This document shows positions 9,629-18,472 of a stretch of DNA of 64,000 nucleotides, one piece after another. The position numbers and the translations under genes are program-made. The DNA comes from an uncultured Mollicutes bacterium (GTDB lineage: Bacteria; Bacillota_I; Bacilli_A; RFN20; CAG-826), in assembly GCA_945936135.1 (NCBI GenBank), contig CAMESG010000001.1:66748-130747 (forward strand), in the 5' to 3' direction. Position 1 is the first letter of the stretch, and each line of letters starts with the position of its first letter. A model generated the notes under the pieces. The model had not been told where the DNA came from and made no database searches. It was given only the letters and a program-made list of their open reading frames with translations.

Positions 9629-10918
9629 TTAGGAGTTCTTCGAAGAATCTTCTTGTTCTTTTCCTTCTTCTTTTTCTTTCTTTACATAGGGGTTTTGGCC
9701 CAACGTTGAAGAATCGAAGATGCCGAGGGCTTCGCGTTCGAAGGCAACAGGATCCACCCCGGTCTTCTTCATCTCGTCCATCGATTCTTCCTTTTGGATT
9801 CTCGCGGCAAGGCTCGAAGGATGGTGCTCGATGTAGCGTTGCTCTGCGGCTTTGGAGACGAACCAAATCGAATTCTCCGCGTCGATACTGATGGTTCTTG
9901 CGACCATCGCATGCAGGGATTGATGGTATTTTGAAAGGATCATGACCATGTAATCGACGATCAAGATGAGACAGAATCCCATGAAGCTATAAAGGGGATA
10001 GGGGATGAGGAAAAGATAAAAATACAGAATTAATATGGCATAATGGATGAAAAGCGCGGGCGTTTTGATCGCGTAGCCATCGTTCCCAAGCAAAGCGATC
10101 TTGCAGATCTTCTTTCCCAAGGTTTGACCGTTCTTGAAGATGAGTGGAAACATCAGGAAGAACACCAAGGGGGAGAGGATGATCGAAGGATAGAGGGAGG
10201 CATAGGTCGCGAAGGTTCTCCCTTCTTGCGCGGCAAGGATCTCCGGCTGACTCTTAAAATGGGTCAAAGCCCTACTCCAAAGGCAGGAAGTATCATCCGC
10301 AGAAGATCCGACAACCCCAAGGTATAACGTGCGATAGGCGGCAAGTTTTTTCTCCTGATCCGCCCCATTCATATCCGCTTGAAGGGCGGCCGAAGGCTTC
10401 GGCATGCTCTTGTAGTCCTCTTCGCTCGAAGGCAAGCACCACAAAGCGTTGAGTTCGCCTTCTTTGATCAAGAAGACGTTTTTATAAACCCACTTCCCGA
10501 CTTCGATCTTGAATTCCTCGCTTCCAGACGAAGACGAGGATTTCGGGTTGAATTCATCGGTTTCTAGATACACGAGGCGCTCGCTTGAAGGAATCTTGAC
10601 GGTGAAGTAATCGAAAACCCTTTGTTCGACGGTCTCGTATTGGACGTATAGTTCCATGTCGCTCAAAGTCGTATCCAAGGGAGCGTCCACGAAGTTCCCA
10701 TCTTTATCTTCGATGACAAAACCGGAATCGACCGCCGCCGCGTTATAGCGATCCGTCGCCTCTTGATAGCCAAACGCCGGGCGGATCAAAGGAACGCCGA
10801 CGGAAACGTAAATCAAGGACGCCAAGGCAAACGTAAATACAAAATCAAGGAAGAAGGCGCCCGTTTCTTTCATCCAAGAAACCGGGCGTAGATAACGAGG
10901 GAGATGAAGCTTTTTCAT
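9629..10918 (-). CDS. RDD-family membrane protein with an N-terminal extracytoplasmic domain and an acidic C-tail
   Basis: 429 aa; N-terminal TM, a ~200 aa domain, then an RDD-like core (FKNGQTLGKKICKIALLGNDGY plus three TMs). Confidence 0.5.
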   Translation of the reverse strand: MKKLHLPRYLRPVSWMKETGAFFLDFVFTFALASLIYVSVGVPLIRPAFGYQEATDRYNAAAVDSGFVIEDKDGNFVDAPLDTTLSDMELYVQYETVEQRVFDYFTVKIPSSERLVYLETDEFNPKSSSSSGSEEFKIEVGKWVYKNVFLIKEGELNALWCLPSSEEDYKSMPKPSAALQADMNGADQEKKLAAYRTLYLGVVGSSADDTSCLWSRALTHFKSQPEILAAQEGRTFATYASLYPSIILSPLVFFLMFPLIFKNGQTLGKKICKIALLGNDGYAIKTPALFIHYAILILYFYLFLIPYPLYSFMGFCLILIVDYMVMILSKYHQSLHAMVARTISIDAENSIWFVSKAAEQRYIEHHPSSLAARIQKEESMDEMKKTGVDPVAFEREALGIFDSSTLGQNPYVKKEKEEGKEQEDSSKNS

Positions 10919-10960
10919 TGCCGTCTATTATCGCACGCGCGAAGGGGCAAGGGAAGACGA

Positions 10961-10987
10961 AGAAAAAGGCCCGCGCGAAGCGGGCCC
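10961..10987 (-). terminator. rho-independent terminator after the GH13 amylase gene
   Basis: GGCCCGC-ttcgc-GCGGGCC followed by TTTTTCTTCG on the minus strand, 15 nt after the stop at 11002. Confidence 0.6.
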
Positions 10988-11001
10988 TAAGAAGCCTAAC
11001 C

Positions 11002-13776
11002 TTAGGCTTTGATGGATAGGGAAGCGGATCCAGTGACCGTCAAGGCGTTGTTCACGAGGTCGGCGGAAATCGTGAAGGTCTCGGCGCCTGCGCTCTTCCA
11101 CTTCAAGACGTAGTCATTGCTGCCGGCGTCGGAGAAGGTTCCGGAAATTAGCGAAGGATGCGCGTTTTTGAAGGCGACGACCTTGGCGAGCTTCGAATAG
11201 ACGCTGTTTGCGTCCGCCGCTTGCTTTTCGGCGGAAGCCACCAACGAAGAGGCGTTAACTTCATCCCAAGCAATGGTCGCTGCGGCGCCGTTGATCGAAT
11301 AGGAGGTCGTGAAGGAGCCATCGCCCTTGACGCCTTTATCCACCCATTTCATGGGCTGGCGGTAAGCGAGGTCAGCGTAATCGCTATGGCTATTCTTGCC
11401 GGCTTCGAAGTTGCCGGTCATGCCAAGTTCGTCCCCGTAATAGATCCAGGTGCAGCCCGGGAAGAGGATTTGGGCCGCCTTGGTGATCAAGGACTTCTTG
11501 TTAAGCTCGGTGTAGTTGCTCGACGTGACCTTGCCTTGTTCGGCGATTTCGCAGGTCGCCGAATCAAAGGATCCCGCGATACGGTTGATGTTGCGCGCGA
11601 TGTCGTGGTTCGAGGTGAAGGTGCCAGGCAAGGCGGTATCGCCGCGATAGGTATCGTAGGCCTTGTAGAGTTCGGGGAGGTTCCAGCCGTATTTGCCGTC
11701 GATCACGGCGTACTCTTTCGAGCCGTTTTTGACGCCATCGGCACTGCTGTTCCACTTTTCGCCTGGGGTCATGAAGCTGCCGGCGCTGTTCCACTTTTTG
11801 TTCCTGGCGTTCGTATCGTAGGCAGAGGCCGCGAGGTTCGTCATCTTGAAGTAAGCGTAGAAGTCGAACATCGAATCGAAGCCTTCGTAATACGGCGCGA
11901 CGTGGAAGGCGTGGCCATCGAAGTTCTCGCCGACGAAGAAGGCGTTCGGGTACTCCTTCTTAATGGTCGCGGAGAGCTCGCGGAAGAAATTGAGGTTCTT
12001 CGTAAGGTCGCTTGAATAATCGCCCGCGGCCGCGACATCGGAGATGATCGTATCGCCACTTGTCAAGGACGAGGGGATTTCATCGGCCATGTAGATGTGT
12101 TTGACGGCGTCGACGCGGAAGCCATCGACCCCGAGGCTGCACCAGGTAAGCGCGATATCTTCGACCGCTTCACGGGTGTTCTGGTAGGAGAAATTGAGTT
12201 CGGGCATGCCACTGCCGAATTTGGCGTAGTAAGAATAATCGTGCTCGCCATAGGGGTACCAGCAATTCTTCTGGTTGATCGAGGAATTGGTCTTGTGGTT
12301 GCCCCATTGGTAATAGCCACGATGTTCTTCATCTAGCTGCGAGCTCGAAACGAACCATTTGTTGCTCGTCGAGGTGTGGTTGAGAACGAGGTCCATAACG
12401 ACCTTCATGCCTCTCGCGTGCGCCTTTTCAAGCAAAGACTTGTAGTCTTCCATGGCCGTGGCCATCGTGACTTTGCCCGCGGCTTTCGCGGCCGGCGATT
12501 CCTTCGAGCCGAACTTCGGGTCGACTTGGAGATAGTCGCTAATGTCGTAGCCGTGATAGGAATCAGAAAGTTGGATCGGGGTGAGCCAAAGGGCTTTGAC
12601 GCCCAAACCTTCGAGGTAATCGAGCTTTTGTTCGATGCCGTAGATGTCGCCAAAGCCATCGCCATCGCTATCGGCGAAGCTCGCGACCATAATTTGGTAA
12701 CCGACGCCAACGCCATCTTTCCAAGTCTTGGAGGTCTTGGAGACGGGTTTGTCGTTCCAATCCGCGGTTTGGTAAATCGCTTTGTCCGTGGTATTCGTGC
12801 CGTCGTCGTATTCGTAAGGATCGCTCATCTCGGTGAAGGGGAGCGCTTGGGGGCTTCCAACCTTTTCTTGGAGAAGGAAGATGTGATGGGCCTTCCCTCC
12901 TTCGAGCTCAAAGGTCGTGGTCATCGAGGCATCTTCCAAATCAAGGTAGACGTTTCCGCCATCGTTCCCCCAGAAATCGCCGGAGTCCGAAAGACGATCC
13001 GCGCTCTTGACGACCTGGATGCCGATGCGGGTATCGAAAGCGGTTTTCTCCTCGTTCGCATAGAAGGAAACGGGCGTACCGCCAATGCTATGGCCCTTGT
13101 TCGTGGTGCCGCCATCGTATGTCTTCGTCAAATCGATCTCGACGGTCGCACCGCCAAAATCATCGACCTCGGCATCGCCGCTCGCACTCATATGATCCGC
13201 GCTTTGGACTCGCCCATTCCAATCGAAACGCGCGCCTTCGCCTTCTAAGGGACGATAAGGCCAAGCCCAAATGTCCCATGGCTCATAATCCGCGGCAGAA
13301 TTGCCAAAACGGTAATAATGCAAATAGAGGGTATTCGGTTTGGAATTCGCTTCCAAGGAATCCATGTAGGCTTTTACTTCTTCTGGAGTGTGACCGCCAA
13401 CAACGGCTTTTGTATAGTAGCCATAAAGGACGCCATTGTCATTGAAGTTCCAGACCCTGCATTGATGGGCGGGGTCGCCTTGTTTGGTTTCCTTATCATA
13501 GACTCTAGACCACCCCGAGAAAACATAGCCGTTCCTAGAGGGCCCATCCGGCAAATTGCCATTGTCATCTCCGGGCGCTCCAAGGAGATATTGATAAGAG
13601 CTTACTCCTTTGCCATCACACGGATTCAATACGAGAGTGTAGCGCGTCTTTGTTCCGACAACGCCAGACAAACTGCTGCTTGTGCCAGCCGGGGTAGGTT
13701 CCCCGCCGCAAGCGACCATCGCGACGCCTGCAAGGGACAAAGCGCAGATTTGAAGGATATTTTTATTGTTCATCAT
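11002..13776 (-). CDS. GH13 alpha-amylase, surface lipoprotein with an N-terminal Listeria-Bacteroides-type repeat
   Basis: Lipobox signal MMNNKNILQICALSLAGVAMVACGG with AAGGAG 7 nt upstream. GH13 regions: VMDLVLNHTS, GFRVDAVKHI, VGENFDGH, FTSNHDI. N-terminal repeat YVFSGW and a starch-binding-like YLHYYR...W.W segment. Confidence 0.8.
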   Translation of the reverse strand: MMNNKNILQICALSLAGVAMVACGGEPTPAGTSSSLSGVVGTKTRYTLVLNPCDGKGVSSYQYLLGAPGDDNGNLPDGPSRNGYVFSGWSRVYDKETKQGDPAHQCRVWNFNDNGVLYGYYTKAVVGGHTPEEVKAYMDSLEANSKPNTLYLHYYRFGNSAADYEPWDIWAWPYRPLEGEGARFDWNGRVQSADHMSASGDAEVDDFGGATVEIDLTKTYDGGTTNKGHSIGGTPVSFYANEEKTAFDTRIGIQVVKSADRLSDSGDFWGNDGGNVYLDLEDASMTTTFELEGGKAHHIFLLQEKVGSPQALPFTEMSDPYEYDDGTNTTDKAIYQTADWNDKPVSKTSKTWKDGVGVGYQIMVASFADSDGDGFGDIYGIEQKLDYLEGLGVKALWLTPIQLSDSYHGYDISDYLQVDPKFGSKESPAAKAAGKVTMATAMEDYKSLLEKAHARGMKVVMDLVLNHTSTSNKWFVSSSQLDEEHRGYYQWGNHKTNSSINQKNCWYPYGEHDYSYYAKFGSGMPELNFSYQNTREAVEDIALTWCSLGVDGFRVDAVKHIYMADEIPSSLTSGDTIISDVAAAGDYSSDLTKNLNFFRELSATIKKEYPNAFFVGENFDGHAFHVAPYYEGFDSMFDFYAYFKMTNLAASAYDTNARNKKWNSAGSFMTPGEKWNSSADGVKNGSKEYAVIDGKYGWNLPELYKAYDTYRGDTALPGTFTSNHDIARNINRIAGSFDSATCEIAEQGKVTSSNYTELNKKSLITKAAQILFPGCTWIYYGDELGMTGNFEAGKNSHSDYADLAYRQPMKWVDKGVKGDGSFTTSYSINGAAATIAWDEVNASSLVASAEKQAADANSVYSKLAKVVAFKNAHPSLISGTFSDAGSNDYVLKWKSAGAETFTISADLVNNALTVTGSASLSIKA

Positions 13777-13787
13777 CTCTTTGCTCC

Positions 13788-14588
13788 TTACTTCGAATAG
13801 GTGGACCAAACGCCCGTTAAGCCAGGGTTCCCCCAGCTTATGGCGCAGCCCGAGCAGTCGTACATATTGTTCTCGCCCATTTCAGAAATCTGGAGATCAA
13901 CCGTCTTCGCGCCCCAATCGGCGGCTTGGCCAGAGCTATTCACATCCGGATTATGGCGGGCAAATATAAAGCCACCCGCGGCAAGGGTCAAATCAAGGTC
14001 AAACGACCAGACGTTTCCTCCGCTTGTGCTGACGCTAGCGCCGCTAACCAGGGTCATGACGATACCGGGCCAGGTCGTGCCTTTGCCAGAAACGTCCCAA
14101 TAATGGATGGAAGTTGCTGCACCGTCAGCCGTCCACCAAGCCGGATCCTTAAAGTAAACGGTCTTGGTATTCGAGACGTCGCTGGAACTCGTGTTCTCCG
14201 AAGAGGAGGCAACGGAATCCGAATCGCGATCCGAACTTATCGTCGTCCCTTCCGTCCAGGAGGCGTAAAGGGTCCAATCGGAAAGAATGGTCATCGTTCG
14301 GAAGTTGAAAGCGGTGACGCAGATTTCATCGACGCACCATTCCTTGAAGGTATAGCCCTCTTTTGTTGGATCGGCAGGTTTTGTGAGTTTTTCGCCGTAT
14401 TTCACGGTCACTGGAGCGACCGCGGAACCGCCCATCGAATCGAAGGTAACGGTATAGGTCATTTCTGTCTCGCTGGCAGCGATACTATCGGGCGCGCTTG
14501 TGCTCGTCGCTTCGCCGCTTCCCCCGCAAGAAGCAAGGGCGAAGGTGCTAGAGAGGAGCAGCATGGCCAATTTCGTTGAATGTTTCAT
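13788..14588 (-). CDS. lipoprotein with a Listeria-Bacteroides repeat plus a CBM25/26-like starch-binding domain
   Basis: Signal MKHSTKLAMLLLSSTFALASCGG. Repeat YTVTFDSMGGSAVAPVTVKYGEKLTKPADPTKEGYTFKEWCVDE...TLYASW. Second domain KTVYFKDPAWWTADGAATSIHYWDVSG...TWPGIVMT...VWSFDL follows the CBM25/26 pattern (Y.k...W..pyiHyw......WPG..Mt). Confidence 0.5.
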   Translation of the reverse strand: MKHSTKLAMLLLSSTFALASCGGSGEATSTSAPDSIAASETEMTYTVTFDSMGGSAVAPVTVKYGEKLTKPADPTKEGYTFKEWCVDEICVTAFNFRTMTILSDWTLYASWTEGTTISSDRDSDSVASSSENTSSSDVSNTKTVYFKDPAWWTADGAATSIHYWDVSGKGTTWPGIVMTLVSGASVSTSGGNVWSFDLDLTLAAGGFIFARHNPDVNSSGQAADWGAKTVDLQISEMGENNMYDCSGCAISWGNPGLTGVWSTYSK

Positions 14589-14609
14589 TTGTTTTTCCTT
14601 TAAAAATCC

Positions 14610-15479
14610 TTAAGCAGCGTGCTCTTGGATCCAGATGTTGCCGTATTGGTTGACGTAGATGTCGACGATCGCCGCTTCGGTGCAAAGGATGTTGTGATTA
14701 TTCGTGCCGTCGTCCGCGAAGTGGCTTCTGCCCCAGTTCGCAGGATCTTCCGAAGATTCGACGGTGGCATAGCCAAACCAATTGGCGCCATCGGTCACCT
14801 TGAAGAGGTCGCCGGGAGCGAAGGAGACATTCAGGATGCAACCCTTATCGAGGGCGTTGCCGGGGTTGTCGTAAAGCGCGATGCCGCCTTCGACGCTCCA
14901 AGCGGAGCTAAAGGGCGTGCCATCGCCCACAAGGGCCCAATTGTTCGTCGAAGCGCCATCGGGTCCATAAGGCTTGGTGGGGTCGGTGTCTCCGCCAATG
15001 CTGCTGGAGGTTCCGCCGCCCTCATATTTGGCATAAAGGGTGTAATCACTATGAATTTCGGTGTCGAAATCGAAGGAACTCGTCAAATTGACGTCGACGC
15101 ACCAATCCAAGAAGACGCTATCCGCGCGTTCAGGATCCGCGGGTTTCATGACTTTCCCCCCTTCTTCGATCGTTTGGGCGGGGATTTCCGTTCCGCCGAA
15201 GGTTTCGAAACGAACGGTGTAGACGCCATCGAAGGAAGCGGATTCGCTGCTGGAATCCTTCGGGCCATCGAGGACGCCGCTTTGGGTTTTGTCCGACTGC
15301 GTGGAGTAATCGGGCCGCGTCACCGATGTCGCGGTTTCGGAGCTCTTCGACTCGACTTCGCCGCTAGAAGAGGGAAGCGGTTTGGAAGAGGCCGGGGTTT
15401 TGCCACCGCAAGAAGCGAGGGCGAAGGCAGAGAAGGCGAATACGAGGATCGTTTTTGCAAGAGTGGGATTGTTTTTCAT
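14610..15479 (-). CDS. paralogous lipoprotein with a Listeria-Bacteroides repeat plus a putative carbohydrate-binding beta-sandwich
   Basis: Signal MKNNPTLAKTILVFAFSAFALASCGG. Repeat YTVRFETFGGTEIPAQTIEEGGKVMKPADPERADSVFLDWCVDV...TLYAKY aligns with the neighbouring gene. C-terminal domain NWALVGDG...W...GDLFKV..GANW is W/G-rich. TAATG stop/start overlap with the upstream pullulanase. Confidence 0.45.
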   Translation of the reverse strand: MKNNPTLAKTILVFAFSAFALASCGGKTPASSKPLPSSSGEVESKSSETATSVTRPDYSTQSDKTQSGVLDGPKDSSSESASFDGVYTVRFETFGGTEIPAQTIEEGGKVMKPADPERADSVFLDWCVDVNLTSSFDFDTEIHSDYTLYAKYEGGGTSSSIGGDTDPTKPYGPDGASTNNWALVGDGTPFSSAWSVEGGIALYDNPGNALDKGCILNVSFAPGDLFKVTDGANWFGYATVESSEDPANWGRSHFADDGTNNHNILCTEAAIVDIYVNQYGNIWIQEHAA

Positions 15480-18472
15480 TACTTTTTCCTCAAAATTAGC
15501 GTTTCGTGCGCTTCAGCGATGCCAACGTTGGCGTCGACGCTATAAGCGCTGCCCGGGGCCAAACGACCTGAAGAGCAATAGGCGACTTCGTAATTGCCAC
15601 AATAGGCAGCGGGAACCTTTGCGACGTTGCCGGCGCGGCGAGCGGAAGTCAACAGGATGTACTTGCCGCCGTCTTGCGCTTCGAAGGCGCCGCCAATCGC
15701 GGAATCTGCGAGGCAAACGGTCTTTCCCGCGTTGATCTCGGCTTGGGTTTGTCCAAAGATCTTGCCCATGTTCTCGTTGCGGAATTTCAAGGCTTCGCGA
15801 ATAGAATCGTAGGCTCCTTTGAAAGCGATCTTGCGGCTCCAGTCGAAGGCATTCACGTTGTCGCCATATTTGTAGCTGTTGCGAACAAGCCACGTATCGT
15901 CGTTGATGCGCACGCCATCGCCTTCGATCCAGGAATCCTTGCCGTTGGTCGCGTGTTTGTAGGATTCAACAAGTTCATCGAACTGCGGATCGCCGCGACG
16001 CATAATCTTTGTGCGCATGATCTCATCGCCGCCGTTGATGAAGGCGATGCCTTGGCCGAAGAAGGAATGGGTCGACGAAGCGACGACGCCTTTCACGGCG
16101 TTCTCGGCATAGCCATTGCCGCTTCTTCCTTGTCCGTTAAGCAAATAGTTGAATTGGTCGTAAAGCGTGTAGTTATCGTGGCAGGCGATGTAGTCAACGG
16201 TGCTATTGGCTGGGGTTGCGACGCCCTGGCTCGCCACATTGTGGTTCTGGCCGATAACGCCGACGGAAGCGCGCCAATTGTCGCCCGCGTTCCCGGTCAT
16301 GAAGCCGCCGCTAGGGGTGACGTTCGACCAGGTCGTGTTGCCTTTCATTCCGTCGCGATAGGCGTCATTGAAGCAGCCGATCGCGCCTTTGCCGTTATCT
16401 TGGAGCATGCGATAGGTGTTATCCGTATTGGCGCTAGCGCCCTTGCCACTATAGCCGGCGCCCGTCCAGCCTTCGCCATAGACGACGATATCCGGATCGA
16501 TCTCGTAAAGGGCGTCTTTCACCGCGCGCATCGTCTCGACGGTCAAGCAGCCCATTAGGTCGAAACGGAAACCCTTCATCTTGTATTCCTTGGCCCAGAA
16601 GCAGACGCTATCGACGACGAAGTTCTTGGCCATGACGCGATCGGTATTGACCGTATTGCCAACGCCAGTGTTATCGATCAAGAAGGCGTTTTCATCGTAG
16701 CGGAAATAATAGCGGGGCATCGCCGAGGTGAAGGGATGGTTCGTGACGGAGGAGACGTGGTTATAGACGACGTCCATGACCGTGCGGATCCCGGCTTTCC
16801 CGAGTTCGTTCACAACGTTCTTAAGCTCACGAATACGAACCGAAGGAGCGTAAGGATCGCTGGAATAAGCGCCCTCAACGCAGTTGTAGTTCATCGGGTT
16901 GTAACCCCAGTTGTAACTCGGCTTCTTGTAGGTGACGTTACCCGAATCATCGGTGATTTTCAGCGTTCTTTCTTCATTGTCTTGATCGAAGATGGGAAGC
17001 AATTGGACCGCGTTGACGCCAAGTTCCTTGATGTGGTCGAACCCCGTGGTGACGCCGTTGAATTTGGTGCCGGGCTCCACAAAAGCGTTATAGGTTCCTC
17101 TTTCGTTCCCGTAATGGCTCGTCCAGGTCTCGTGGGCCGTGAGGTCGCGAATGTGCGCTTCGTAAACCGTCAAATGGTTCGCGGGAACCGGATCGAAGGA
17201 AAGTTCATTGAAGCCTTCGGGGTTGGTCCTGGAGAAATCAACGATGGCGCTGTGGGTGCCGTTCACGCCGCAAGCGGTGGCATAGGGGTCCGCTGCGCGG
17301 ATCGTTCCGCCGCCGTACTTATATTCATAGGCGTAAGTGTAATTGTGGAGGTTGCCTTTGACGGTCGCACTCCAAACGCCGCCCTCTTGCGCATGCATCG
17401 GGAAACGATAGAGCGGGTCTTTGCTCACCCTGCCGTTAAGATCCCAAAACAAGAGCAAGGTGACGTGGTGAGAAATCGGGCTCCAGACGCGGAATTCGGT
17501 TTCTGTCTCCGAATATTTCGAGCCCAAGTCGTGACCGTTGTAGGTGTATTCTCGGATAAACTTCTCGCTATCATAGACGCGATCATACGTCGCGATCTTG
17601 GTTTTCGTCTTGTCGGGGGCGCTTGCAAAATGCCCTTCGACTTGATAGGTCAAATTCAATTTTGCTTCGACAGGATCGCCGAACGGATAGGCCATATCGG
17701 CGAAAGCGATGTCGAAATTCGCCACGCCGGGCTCGCCTTGCGAAACGAGGAAGAGTTCCTTGTTCTTCTCTTTCCACATCTCGCTTTGGTTGTAGTATTC
17801 CGGCGTGAAGGCATAGAGCTTATAGGAAGCGCAATCCCCCGTCGATTCCAAGCTGAGCTTGGACCAATCGCTCGAAAGGTTGAAACTCGTGAAGTGATCG
17901 CCGTTCGCGTCTTCCTTCTTTTGGAAACAATCGATCGCGTTGCCTTCGCCTTGCGCGGCGTAGACGTGGAGCATCTTTCCGCCATTTGGAAGATCCGTTG
18001 CCCCGTCCATATAATCGGCCAAAACAACGGTGGTATCGGAACTTTGCCCTGCCCAAGTGCCGGGTTGCTTGATAATAAAGAAGAAGGTTTCGAAGGCGAT
18101 CCCTTGGAAGAAAGGATCCTGGGCATCGAAGTCTTTGTAGACCCCAAACCCTTCTTCTTTCCCGTCCCAATCAAATTCGACGCCATTCACGCCGGCGATC
18201 CAGGCGTAGATGCGATAGGACGTCTCGGTCCCCGTGTCGTTATGGAAATAGACGCGGATCGTGCCTTTGAAGCCATCGGTGACTTCAACGCTAGAGGATT
18301 CGTCGGGGTCCGGCTCGGACGTTGCGGAAGGGTCGACGGAGCCAGAGATCGGCGCAGAACTTGAATCCGGGATTCCGGAGGAGGAACTCTCGTTTCGGGT
18401 TTCGCCTCCACACGAAGCGAGGGTGAGCGCGATGCTCGCTAACGCCGTTAGCAAGAGAATCGGTTTTTTCAT
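15479..18472 (-). CDS. pulA: type I pullulanase (GH13), lipoprotein
   Basis: 997 aa; signal MKKPILLLTALASIALTLASCGG; pullulanase motifs YNWGYNP, DVVYNHV, GFRFDLMG, YGEGW, YIACHDN; N-terminal PUD/CBM41-like region. Confidence 0.8.
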   Translation of the reverse strand: MKKPILLLTALASIALTLASCGGETRNESSSSGIPDSSSAPISGSVDPSATSEPDPDESSSVEVTDGFKGTIRVYFHNDTGTETSYRIYAWIAGVNGVEFDWDGKEEGFGVYKDFDAQDPFFQGIAFETFFFIIKQPGTWAGQSSDTTVVLADYMDGATDLPNGGKMLHVYAAQGEGNAIDCFQKKEDANGDHFTSFNLSSDWSKLSLESTGDCASYKLYAFTPEYYNQSEMWKEKNKELFLVSQGEPGVANFDIAFADMAYPFGDPVEAKLNLTYQVEGHFASAPDKTKTKIATYDRVYDSEKFIREYTYNGHDLGSKYSETETEFRVWSPISHHVTLLLFWDLNGRVSKDPLYRFPMHAQEGGVWSATVKGNLHNYTYAYEYKYGGGTIRAADPYATACGVNGTHSAIVDFSRTNPEGFNELSFDPVPANHLTVYEAHIRDLTAHETWTSHYGNERGTYNAFVEPGTKFNGVTTGFDHIKELGVNAVQLLPIFDQDNEERTLKITDDSGNVTYKKPSYNWGYNPMNYNCVEGAYSSDPYAPSVRIRELKNVVNELGKAGIRTVMDVVYNHVSSVTNHPFTSAMPRYYFRYDENAFLIDNTGVGNTVNTDRVMAKNFVVDSVCFWAKEYKMKGFRFDLMGCLTVETMRAVKDALYEIDPDIVVYGEGWTGAGYSGKGASANTDNTYRMLQDNGKGAIGCFNDAYRDGMKGNTTWSNVTPSGGFMTGNAGDNWRASVGVIGQNHNVASQGVATPANSTVDYIACHDNYTLYDQFNYLLNGQGRSGNGYAENAVKGVVASSTHSFFGQGIAFINGGDEIMRTKIMRRGDPQFDELVESYKHATNGKDSWIEGDGVRINDDTWLVRNSYKYGDNVNAFDWSRKIAFKGAYDSIREALKFRNENMGKIFGQTQAEINAGKTVCLADSAIGGAFEAQDGGKYILLTSARRAGNVAKVPAAYCGNYEVAYCSSGRLAPGSAYSVDANVGIAEAHETLILRKK

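Noticed and set aside
16736-18364. 542 aa plus-strand ORF, with 15674-16558 (294 aa)
   Set aside because: Antisense to the pullulanase gene, whose GH13 motifs are unambiguous; an artefact of absent stops in GC-rich antisense frames.
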